A stretch of DNA of 64,000 nt from Enoplolaimus lenunculus (Eukaryota). The position numbers were made by a program, and so were the translations under genes. Of this stretch, positions 24,292 through 36,200 are shown one piece after another. The first letter of the stretch is position 1. Every line of letters begins with the position of its first letter. Below the pieces are notes generated by a model. The model was given only the letters and a program-made list of their open reading frames with translations. It made no database searches and had not been told where the DNA came from. The stretch covers positions 124,001 through 188,000 of the forward strand of contig JASANG010000611.1 in NCBI GenBank assembly GCA_030248215.1, read 5' to 3'.

Positions 24292-27200
24292 ATGGGTAAC
24301 ATAGTTTTGTTTTTAACGTTTTGTGTCGGACTAGGTTTCGCATTCCAGTACAAGCATCATGACACTCAAGCGGTAGTTGAATTGCTCGAGGAAATTAACC
24401 GAAAATGTCCGACGATCACGAAGCTTTATTCAGTGGGCAATAGTGTAGAAAATCGGCCGCTTCCTGTTATTCAGTTTGCGATTCCTGCTGAAAATGGCGA
24501 CATTCGCCACGACATTGGTAAGGTTAACAATTGTGTACGTCTTTATCGTTGAATAAACAGGTGTTTCGAGGTATTGGATAGGGATGTTCGTATTCGTGGT
24601 GTCAGTCTAGGAAGGAACCGGGACATCATACCTTTCAACTAAGCAGCTGGAAAAGCGGGCTAGAGGGTGGATCGAACTCTCAGCCTATGGATCCTTAAGC
24701 GAGCACTCTACCACTGCGCCACGTAGCCCGCCTGTCCAACTGCATTTTTCGTCGGCTATATTTGTCGACCGTATGCTGCCAGCTAGCATACATACAGTGC
24801 ACTGCACTATATTGCATGTGCACATAACGGACAAGCATGTCTCACATGCTTACATGCCCTTATTTTCAACAAGGTCGTCCCTTGACCGTCCATCCTATTT
24901 TCGACTGGATACCGGGTTCATAGCGCGGCAGTTTGCCATTGCGCTCACGGCGTAGCCCCCATGTCAGTCAAAGTTGTAAGTGAGGGATATCAGACCTTTC
25001 TACTAAGCAGCTGGAAAAGCGGGCTAGAGGGTGGATCGAACTCTCAGCCTATGGATCCTTAAGCGAGCACTCTACCACTGCGCTACGTAGCCCGCCTGTC
25101 CAACTGCATTTTTCGTCGACTATTTTTGTCGACCGTATGCTGCCAGCTAGCATACATACAGTGCACTGCACTATATTGCATGTGCACATAACGGACAAGC
25201 ATGTCTCACGTGCTTACACGTGGTATTGTATTTACTGCAACGTGGTGGTTATTACGTAAGTAATGTGTCAGGCTAGTGTGAGTAGCAGGCTGCTTTCGGT
25301 ACCAAAAATACCGGAGCCGGAAGTATCTGGCTGGAACCGGGTATCGGAACCGATAACTTTAATATGATGCTGTAATTGGCCTGGTTTGCGAACGGGAGAC
25401 CCGGGTTCTATCCGGACTGATCCAATATTTCATCTTGCGTTTTCTCAAACTTAAGTTGGGGATAGGTAGGGCTGTGTGTCGTATTGGTGCACGATCGGTA
25501 GTCAGTTATGGCGGCTGGCTACGCTGACCAAAAGATGTACTTTGGTGTTCTTGCTTCGGCAGATTCGATGTGGGCGGCAGTAGATCTTCGTTTCTCAGAC
25601 ACTGTTGGAAAAATGGGATCTGCACGACCCCCGTTCGAAGCTTTGCCCAAAGTTAAGGACCACGCCAGGAATCGAATCTCGGCTTTCTTGCGCTCGAGCC
25701 AAGCATGCTACCACTACACCATGTGGCCATTGTAACAGCTTCATATAGCGATATATGTGCACCAGGGTGCAAGCGGATATCAGGCTACGGCTCCAGCTCC
25801 GGCAAGAAATCGACATCCGGCTCCGGTATTCTAACTTGCCGAGTATGATTTTTAAAAAACATTAAACAATTTATACCATCATTCGTATTTATGCCAAGTA
25901 CCATTGGACAGACTGGCTTACTTTTACATATTTTTTCTGTCACACATGTAATTTAGATTTTTTGAATGTGATAGGTTACAATAACGCTGAAAAAATCAGC
26001 AGCACATTTCTATTATTCGTAAGGGTAAGCCTAAATTCAACGTCAAAATAAGACTATAAATAAGTAAGCAAAAATAATAGGTTGTTTTCGAGCCAGGGAT
26101 GGGCGGAAACCGAAAATAAAGTCTAGGTCTCGGTCAACTTTCGGTTATCACCGAAAAACATAAAATTTTCAAAAGAAATTATTTCTAAAGTCGGTTCCAA
26201 ACCACCGAGACTCAAGAAACCAAGACGTGCCAAATACCGATTATCGAGACTTGCTGAGATCGTGGCCCTGACTCCCATCCCTTGGGCTCCCCTAAATGTA
26301 ACATAAGCCATGTGAAGATTGCAACTGAACGCAACGCTACAAAAACATAGAATAGTATAATGTGGGTCGTTCTTAAAACGTTAAAAATGTATCAGTATGA
26401 GATGTTAAACTTTCTCACGTAAATACTTTAGGTACCTTAACGCGGAAGGCAGAATTGTACGGCACGTTCTAATGTCTGAATGCAATCTGGTATTAAATTT
26501 GAATTCATTATCCGGCTCCGTCAGTTTTTGGTTTCCGGTTTAACCCTGGTGCACATGGATTAAAATGTTTTTGCTTTGCATACGCTTATCTTGCACATAT
26601 ACCTCCATCCTTTTTCACAGGCGGTCGTCCCGCACATTGAATCCAACTCCCCGAATCCATGGACTTGCTGTTTGCACTGCCAAGTCTCGGTGGGACCTCC
26701 ATGTTGGAACAACCCGGTCTGCACGACCCCTGTTCGAAGTTTTCCCCAAAGTTCAGGACCACACCGAGATCGAACCATGGCCTTCTTGCGCTCGAGCCAA
26801 GCATGCTACCACCAGACCATGGGGTAATTGCAGCAACTTCATATACCGTTTTATGTGCAGTGCACATGTATTATAATCTTTTTGCTTTGCATACACTTAT
26901 CGTGTAATGCACATTCAGTGCCATAGAAGGTAAGGTGCATATGCGAAGCCAGAACAAACATAGCAGGGTGCCACCTAACTTACAATTTAGCTGCTTTCGA
27001 ATTCGAAACATACTGATTTTGCTGAATCTGATTCCGAATCCGGACCAGGGCGTCTAAAAATCACGTCATATAGATACGCGTGAACGTTGCAAGCCGAATG
27101 TTAAACAGGTAGTAAAAACATGTCAATTTTGAAATATATATATTTACAAACTAGGGATTTGCCGATAGCATAATTTTTGCCCATGCCGATACCGATGTCG

Positions 27201-30200
27201 ATTCTTATTTTAAAAATATGCCGATGCCGCTGCTAATTCCAAATTTACTATATACATTATGCATAAAGAACAGATAGGATACTACATTACGTACATCATT
27301 ATGCGAAGACTTAAAGCACAGCCACCATAAACGACTAAAATTATATGAGAACTGTTCATTATGATTATTTTTTCAAATACAAACTCAAGAGAGATAACAT
27401 TCTCTTTTTAGACACACTGGTATGCGCCAACAACTGAAATTGACAGCATTCCCACTGGCCACTGACTATTATGTGCAAAAAGTATCGGCAAAAAATAGGC
27501 ATTTTTTGCTGTGCCGATGTAGGTGCTCAGGAAAACTGCCGATTATTGCCGCTGCCGATTAATCGCCACATCCCTTGGATGAAAAATATTTTTTATTTTG
27601 AACTATGTATTGTCAGTTAGCAAAGTTTACACAGCAGCAGGGGTGGGCGATCTTGGGATTTAGCTGGTATCGGTCTCGATCTTGCTTTTTCCGGTGTAGG
27701 TGGTTTGCAAATCTAGACTAGACCAAAGAGTTGAAAAACCGATAAGCAACCACAAAAATTTCTCTTGGATCGCAGCTTTGGGCTAGAAGTATTTCTGCAT
27801 TTCGCCTTCCAAGACAGACAGCTAACGATTGTGAAGCACAGCTACCTGGTGATACAGCGATTTGAGAAACAGAATGACCCTTTGATTTTATTGTAACAAA
27901 GCTTAAACAGTTGCATTTTAGCGTTTAAAATATTTAAGGCATCGCGTAAAAATTATGGGTCATCCGTATTTATACCGTCTACGCTATGTTACGAAATTCT
28001 CCAGTCTACTGGGTCTGCCCTGGGATCAAGAACGACGCTACAGCTTTGAATGAATAAAGTAAAAAAATTAAGTTTGGCGGCGATTTATTAGTTTAATTGT
28101 ACGAGACGATAATTGAGATCAGATAGAATATATATTCAAAACTTTTGTTAAAAACTTTCCATTTTCGGTAACGGATAAAAATTGACTGTCTCGGTCTTGC
28201 TCTTTTGACCGAGACCGCCCATCCCTGCACTGCAGCAATGTTTTGCAATGTGAATGTGTACATAGACGGTATATTTCTTATTGGTTGGCGGAAGGGTGCA
28301 ACCGGAATTACAATTACCGAAACCGAAACTGGAATTTGAAAAAATTACGGGAGCGGAACCGGAACCGGAAAATGAAAAATACAGGTCACCTAAAAATTCA
28401 TGAAAAACTCATTTTTAAGCTTAGATTTTCAAAATCCACGGAAGCACAGTCTACCTTCGATGGTTTATTTTCGGTGATTGTCCAGGTTTATACACTAGGT
28501 CAAAAAATGTAGTAACCGGAAGGTCAAAAAGGCTGGAAATGGAATTCCAGTTGCACCCTGGTTGGCGGTCGTTTTTTGATTTGCGCTTTTTTATTCTGTT
28601 GAGGTTAGTCACGTGCTGCGCGAAGCGGGGGCTTTTGCAGTAAAGTATGGGTGGGGTTTGCGATTTCGGTTAAAATTAGATTCACAATTAGTTCTGATTC
28701 TGATGACAATTTTGAAATATTGTAACACACGAACTTTTCAGTTTCCATTCTTTTTGAAGCCGTTTTAGAAACGTTTTTCATTAAGCATTCGAGCGGATAG
28801 GTAAATGTTTTTCTGGTACCGTCTATTGTAACGTATGGCCCCGGCACCCTCTAACCCCGATGCCGTGGCCGAGATCCGGCTTCGGGACATCTCTAATTGG
28901 AACCCTGTTATACATGAACGTGCAAAAAGCAGAAACACGAATTTTAAGTAAAAAATTTACTTCCAACAGGATTTAGCTTCTTTCGCCTGGTACTGAGTGA
29001 GAGTTTGTCGCCCTCCACTATCCAGCAGGGGGAAACCCTTTATGGTTTATTGAGGGAAGCGAAACTACGAGCGAAGCTCGGAGTTTTGCGAAGCGGTTTA
29101 TGTTTTGTACTCGGGGGTCGAAAAGTGGATTTTCGTCTGTCTGTTTGTCCCTCTGTCCGTTCGAACAGAGTCTCAGAAAGCGCTGAACCGATTTTGATAA
29201 CCTTTTTTGTTTAAAAGCTTATCCTGGGGTGCTAACTCGCATTGGGAGCTTAAACTTTCAAGCCGTTTATTTCCTACCTGCTAATTTGCATAAGGGTTAA
29301 GCGTAAATTAGGACTTTTTACAGTATTTAACTAATTACCAATCGTACTGGGACTCAGGGTGGCAACAAAGGTTCGGATTCGGATTCAGCAAAAATTTGAG
29401 GTTCGGATTCGGATAACAAAGTTCGGCAATAATATGTTTTTTTCATTTTTAAGCAATAAAATTTTTAAATACCTTGCTATAAAAATCAATATTTTTATTT
29501 CAGGTGAGAAATCTCAGGACTGACGTCGGGTCGAAATATATTAACGTGTTAAAAGTTACGTATACGGCTGGCATTGCGTTTATATTCTAAAACAAATTAT
29601 AGATATATCTGAAATTTGCAACATGCAGGATTCGGATTCGGTTTCGGATTTGGCAAATTAGCACTGGATTCGGATTCGGTCAAATCGTGGATTCGGTTAT
29701 CAATCATGCAAATATGCAAATTAAGTAGTAGCTAACTATTAATTATCGGTTTCGAAGGTTTGTAGACAATTATTTAAATTCCTCGCACCCCAAAACCCTT
29801 TTATTGCTGAAAGATTGCTTGCAACGCTAATTATTAGTGAAATAACATAAAAAGTCACAATTTAGGCTTAACCGATTAAGCAAATATGCAAATTAGTTAT
29901 ATAATAGCTAACTATATATTCATTTATCGGTTCTGGAGATTTACAAAGATTTGATTTAGATTTCTCGCACAAAACCCCTTTAGTACTGAAATTATATTGC
30001 TTGTACCGTAATAATTTGTGAAATATCTTTAAAACTTTCAATTTAGGCTTAACCGATGCAAATTAGCCTGTTATATAGCTAATACACAGCTTAAAATTTT
30101 ATAACACCAATGCGAAGTTAACATCCCATGATGGCCGGCTTTCAAACATTATTAAAATCGGTTCAGCGGTTCCTACTCAATTACCAATGTGAGGTTAAAC

Positions 30201-33200
30201 CCCAGGATGACTGGCTTTCAAACAAAAAAGTTTATTAACATCGGTTCAGCGGTTCTTGATATTCTTTTCGGACGGACGGATATGCACCTTTTCACCCCCG
30301 TGCACAAAATATAAAACGCTTCGCGAATCTGTTTCGCTTCGCTCAATTAGGGTTATAAGCAATCTAATTTCAGTACTAAAGGTTTTTGGGTGTGAGCAAT
30401 CTGAATAAATTGTTCTTCAGCTTACAAAAGTGATATATAATTGAAAACGTAGTTAGCCAATAGCTAATTTGCATATTAGCTTAATTAGTGTTGCCTAAAT
30501 TAGGCTTTTTAAATTATTTCACTGATTAATTAGGGTTACATGTATTCAAATTCAGTACTAAAGGTTTTTGGTGCGAGAAATCTGAATAAATTGTTTACAA
30601 GCCTTCAAACCTGAATTGAATAAAACTTTTCAAATTATTTCACTGCGTATTAGGGTTACTGCAGGGTTTTTGGGTGCGCGCAATTAGAATAAATCCTTTA
30701 TGAACTTTAGACTGATAATTAAATAGTTGGGTAATAGCTAACTTATGTATTAGCTTACAGCTAAGCTTTAATTAGGCGGACCGGTAATCCGTACGTCGAG
30801 GGTTCGAGTCGCACCGAATCTGCAGTAAGCATGTCCGATCTTCGCTCAATAAATGTAGTTCTACTACGACTGGCAATATCATTTTACGTCAATCCTTGTA
30901 AACGCAGACACATCCAGAAAGTTGCAAAATGTAAAAGACTTTGGAAAAACAACCTTGTTTGTTACTTATATTTCAGTAAATACATACAACTGTATATATA
31001 ATCATTTATACACTAATACGTATACGTAAAAACTTAGAATTAAATTTTGTAGGTTTGACTGAGTTGACTGGTGTGTGGATCTTAATTTCAAGGGTTGGCT
31101 GACTTGACTGGTGCATTGTGGATCATTGAAGTTCACAAAATTTGTTGCAGCTGCTTTCTCATTGTCTGATGAAAAATGCAAGTTCTGCATGAAATTTGCA
31201 TCTACAAGTTCTCGCAGCAAAAACTTGAACGTGTGAATAGAGCTTAACCTTTCATTTCAGTAGGATTTCGACAATCTTTTTTGCCACAACGGGAACTGGA
31301 ACAGTAGTTGAACTTTCAATTTATATAAGTAGACTTTCACCCGAATATAAAAATTGTTCACGTGTCTTCTATGTTGCTTAAGTTGAAGCAGGTTTGTAGC
31401 CTCTAAGATTTTTTAGTTTTGCATTAGTGACACGTAACTTTTCCGACAGTAATTGAAGTTTTTATGAGCACATATATATTTTTCACTTATGTTCTGTGTT
31501 CGGCAAATTGAACATCCGGTCGCTTTGTATCTTGTGATGTGTGATGTACTTTATGTGACATTATGTATATTTTAAAGTACCGTTATGTACTAGTGTTTAA
31601 GACAAATTTGAAGCCATTTCAGTGAAATCAGAGGTTCTCGCTGTGGTCGTGATCTTCAGGATGTGCATCCCTGCTAAAAACATGCGGATTTTAGATTTTA
31701 TATAATACCGACCGGGATTGTCGGATTGCCTGAATCTTCGATTCTGTGATCTTTATAAAGAAATATACATCTACACGCGTATATAGTTTTCATGTAACCA
31801 GCTATACGTACTTACCTATGCCATATACGTACGTACGTGTATTCGACCGTTGTTGCATGTCATGTTTAGAGCCAGGCCCGTAGTCAGCTCATCGTGCTGG
31901 GGACTAAAAAATTTTCAGGAGGGGCATATTATGGTTTTCGTTGACTTACCAGCAGGTTGAGAGTTTTGTAGGGGCCGAGCCTCCCCTGCTTCCCTTGGCT
32001 ACGGGCTCGGTAAGAGCTCAGCATAGCATGTTGTGTATATCCAAAACTAGTGTCTTACTGAATGCCGAACTTAATGGAAATGTGTGTGCTAAGTAGCGTG
32101 TGTCGTGTAGGGTTTTCTGCTCGTTGCTGTGTTGTGACTGAGGCTTTTGATAGAATGGATGGCTTTGGGTTAGTTTCATATATGCACGTATATATAGACA
32201 TGCGTGTTGTTTGTTGGGTTATGCGTAAGGCTTGTCTCAGTCGGTTTGGTTAGCCAACAAAGACTGTTAGAAAATGTATTGTTTGTGTGTAAAGGCCTTT
32301 GAGCTTGCCTTGTCGATTCAAGGGTACATTATACTATTATTTTTATGAATGCGAATTTTTTTATTACGTATTAGTAAATGGTTGGTAATTGTAGTCATGT
32401 GATACATACTTAAGTAGTACGAGGTGTATTCAAACGAGTGGCACGTGGGTGGAAGAACATTTTCAATTTTATTAAATAGTGTATTTGTATAGGCCTTATA
32501 AGCACACATTACATTCACACTTAGTAAAGTTCTGTGTCTGCGTATTTGTCGGTTGTGTTGTGACGTTCGAGATGTTTTTGAAGGTACATTATGGGCTAGT
32601 GTACTGTATGATACTTTGCTAAAACAAACTTTATAGTTTAAATTTAAATGTTAAAGCGTTGTATATGTATATTAGATATATGTTCATATTTACGAATTGT
32701 GGCCTGTTTTTTATAAATGGTGTGTGGCAGTGATGGCATTTATATTTTGTAATGCCAGCAATATTATATATTTATTTTCTGTATGGGTAAATTATTGAAA
32801 AGTTATTTATTTGCAGCTAAATGTGTGTATTTTATGTATGTATTTACGTATGTAACCTTTGTATCTGATCAGCGTCTTGATCATTCATGAAAGTTATTTA
32901 AATGTTGATTTTCAAACAGACAATTACTATTCGAACAAGAATTCAAAATTTATTGGAAATATCAGATTTAATATGTAATGTACCAGAATGAAACTAATGA
33001 TACATGCTTATAACAGCGAACGCTAAAACCGCTTGAGAGCTATAGAATTGCGCTTCATTTTCGGAACCACGTAATACGTAGGTAGTGTTAATTGGTGAAC
33101 ATTGATATATGTCGGTCGATTAGTTCAAAATGTGCACAAGTTTTTGGTTCAGAGTGCTGTTCTTATTTATTTGTTGACCTAATGTGTTAAGTTTTATTTA

Positions 33201-36200
33201 CTAGAGACTTATAATTGGTTTTAATATAGTTTTTTTGTAGCCGTGTGAGCATAACGTACATTATTTTTGTTTCAGGTCGTCCAGAATTTAAATATGTTGG
33301 CAATATGCATGGTAACGAGGTTGTCGGTCGCGAAATGTTGTTAAAATTAGCTGACTATTTGTGCGATCGATACCAACATGGTGACGCGGAAGTGCGCAAA
33401 CTAGTCAATCTGACGTCAATTCATATCATGCCCACAATGAATCCGGACGGATACGAAATGGCGTACCGAATGGTATGTATATATGTCAGATGTGAATGAA
33501 ATAATTTATTTCATTTTGGGTTAATTTGGAAAATTTTAACCAATTGCTTTTCTGTAAAAACCTCTAAATTTTGAAAAACAAAAACCCTGTTGGAATTTGT
33601 TGAACTGTTCCTGTATTTTACTGCAAAATTATTGAGTCCATTTTGATTGTCACTAAATAATACGTATATGTTTCATAGAGCAGCGCTGTTTGGTTCCTAC
33701 TGTCGTGTGGGTGTCGAAATTGTTCGTAGTATGGTTAACTTTGTTTAAGTGGATTGATTCAGCGAACTTACGTGTATATATACTTTCCGCAAAATCCTCA
33801 ATGTACTTGTTCACTTTTTTACTGATTCATGAGTGTATAGGTTGGTTTGAATTTTTTCAGGGTGGTCAAGGTGGCTGGACGCTTGGTCGCGAAAATGCGC
33901 ATAACGTTGACTTAAATCGCGATTTTCCGGATTTGGACAGCTTATTGTTTTATCTCGAGTCGAATGGTGTACCGCGCTATGACCATTTGATGAGCGTATT
34001 TCACGACGAAAGCCGGGTAAGCTTGTGAATGGTGCCAGGTAAGCTTGTGAATGGTGATGTTGATCGATAATGCGGTGCACAATAAGCATTTGAAACCGGT
34101 TGAGGCTTGCCGTAGCATATTTTTACTGGAAAACAATATTTATAATATTAGCCGTATTTCAGTTTAGTCGACTAGATAAAAATTATCGTTTTACAGTTTG
34201 TTATCTATTCTGTGATTTACAAAATTTGATTTTTTAAGTAGCTAGAGTTATGCTGAACATAACGATAATAACGATCACTGGTGATATCGTACTTTTTAGT
34301 GGGAAGCAGTTTTTAAATATGTTTTTTCAAGTAGATACCACTGAATTCTGAGCTGAAATCGGTTCAGTTGTCTAATAAACATTTCGGGGCACCCACGCCG
34401 ACCGCTCCTTATAGCATTACACGGTTTGTTCAAACTTGCTTTTTTTACAGTTATCTCAGTAATACTAATATTATTGTTTATTGTTATAGCATGAACCGGA
34501 AACACGAGCGGTCGGCAGGTGGATTCTGCAAAGTCCGTTTGTGTTGAGTGCAAACTTGCACGAAGGTGATTTAGTCGCAAATTACCCGTTTGACTTGAGC
34601 AAAATCGAAGGCAAAAGCGTTTATTCTAAGTCACCAGATGATAGCACATTTAGGTGAGCGCATAATAAAATACACAATATTATCTTTTGCACCTGATTTT
34701 GTTAACATTTTAGCAGTTCGCTTAACGTTCTAGCTTCAGAAAAAAGTTGCATAAAAACTTTGGAACATATTTTACATTTTTGGAGAGCTTCGTTCACTGG
34801 ACGTTTTTTATTTAACTAAGTTTGCTAATTGTCGGATACAGATCGCTAACCACCATGCTTTGGCAAAAACATTTGCAGAATTGCGTAAAAATTGCACTGA
34901 ACTAGAATTGGAAAATTTTCATATTGTACAACATGCAGAGAATTGTTCAAAAACGTTATTGGAAAACTGTATCCCTAATGTCTGTTTGATTTAGATCTTT
35001 GGCGCTCGCTTGCTTGAAATGATACGTTTTTGGATCCGGTTTGCAAACCATGGGATTGCAAAAATTGTAGACCTATTTATAAAGCAGTGTATTAATAGTG
35101 TTTTATATCTTCTGAAAACTTTGCAAAATGCAAGAAATGCTGGAAATGTATAAAAATGATCATTTTAAACTTTGTCCAAGCAGAGTGGTGTGTATAATTT
35201 AGACACTTGGCGCTTGCTTACTCAACTGAACACACTACAATGGCTGATCCGGCGCGTAAACCATGCGATATGGCGGGCGATGATTATTTTGCGAAACATG
35301 GGGGAATCACTAATGGGGCGCGATGGTATTCGGTTGAAGGAGGTTGGTTTATTTAATGTGTCATGATGTTTAAAACCTGGCATTGACAGTAAGGGAACTA
35401 GTGTATTTATACACACAGTGATCTAGAAAAAATCGTGTCATTAATTGATATAAATCGAATGGTTACAAACGGATCTTTATAAAACATGAAGATTCATACA
35501 GGGGCACACGTTTTTGTCAAATATTGCACATGGAACCTGGGCTATCTTTGTATTCGCTACGCATGCTTATTATTTAGGAGGGTTGTCTTATTGTATTGAT
35601 TTTGTAGCCAATGTTACTTTTAGGGGCGTAACAACAGATTAAGCGTATTCCTAAGCCAAAGCCTAAGGGTTGCAATAATGTGTTCCTACGCCTAAGCCCA
35701 AGCCTAAGCAAAAAATGTAATTTAGAGTCTGAACCCACTTTGCGGAAAATTTTGTTCTAATTTGATTTAAAACGGAGACAGCTTGCAAGATGATCAAGGT
35801 GATTGTAATTGGTCACGGTATAATAAGGTATTACTTTTTGGTTTAGGAATGCAGGATTTTAACTACTTGGCGAGCAATTGTTTTGAAATAACTCTTGAAT
35901 TAAGCTGTCAGAAATTCCCGCCGGCTGAGCTCCTTGAAAACTATTGGAATGATAACAAAAACGCGCTACTTAACTTTATCTGGCAGGTAAGTATTGTTTA
36001 AATTTGAACCGTTTTATAAATTCAACATACGTGGAAAGGTATTTTTCAAAATGTATACACATTACACAGAACATTTTGATTGTAATTTTTAATGCAGCAT
36101 ATGCATACATAGCGAGTGTCAACAGTCTTTCAAGCCGAACAAATTTATTAATTATATGGATTGTGCAGTGTTTTAAATTTTTTTCGTTTCGACAGAAACG

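Noticed and set aside
24655..24731. Apparent tRNA genes (also near 25020-25090, 25655-25730, 26755-26825, 44285-44345, 58570-58650 and 62.5-63.2 kb)
   Set aside because: A and B boxes are present but the acceptor, anticodon and T stems do not pair properly, and all lie inside repeated mobile elements.
24855..24961. Self-cleaving ribozyme in the TRIM interior
   Set aside because: No hammerhead core (CTGANGA..GAAA) or convincing HDV-like fold was found by eye; an Infernal/Rfam scan would be needed to exclude it.
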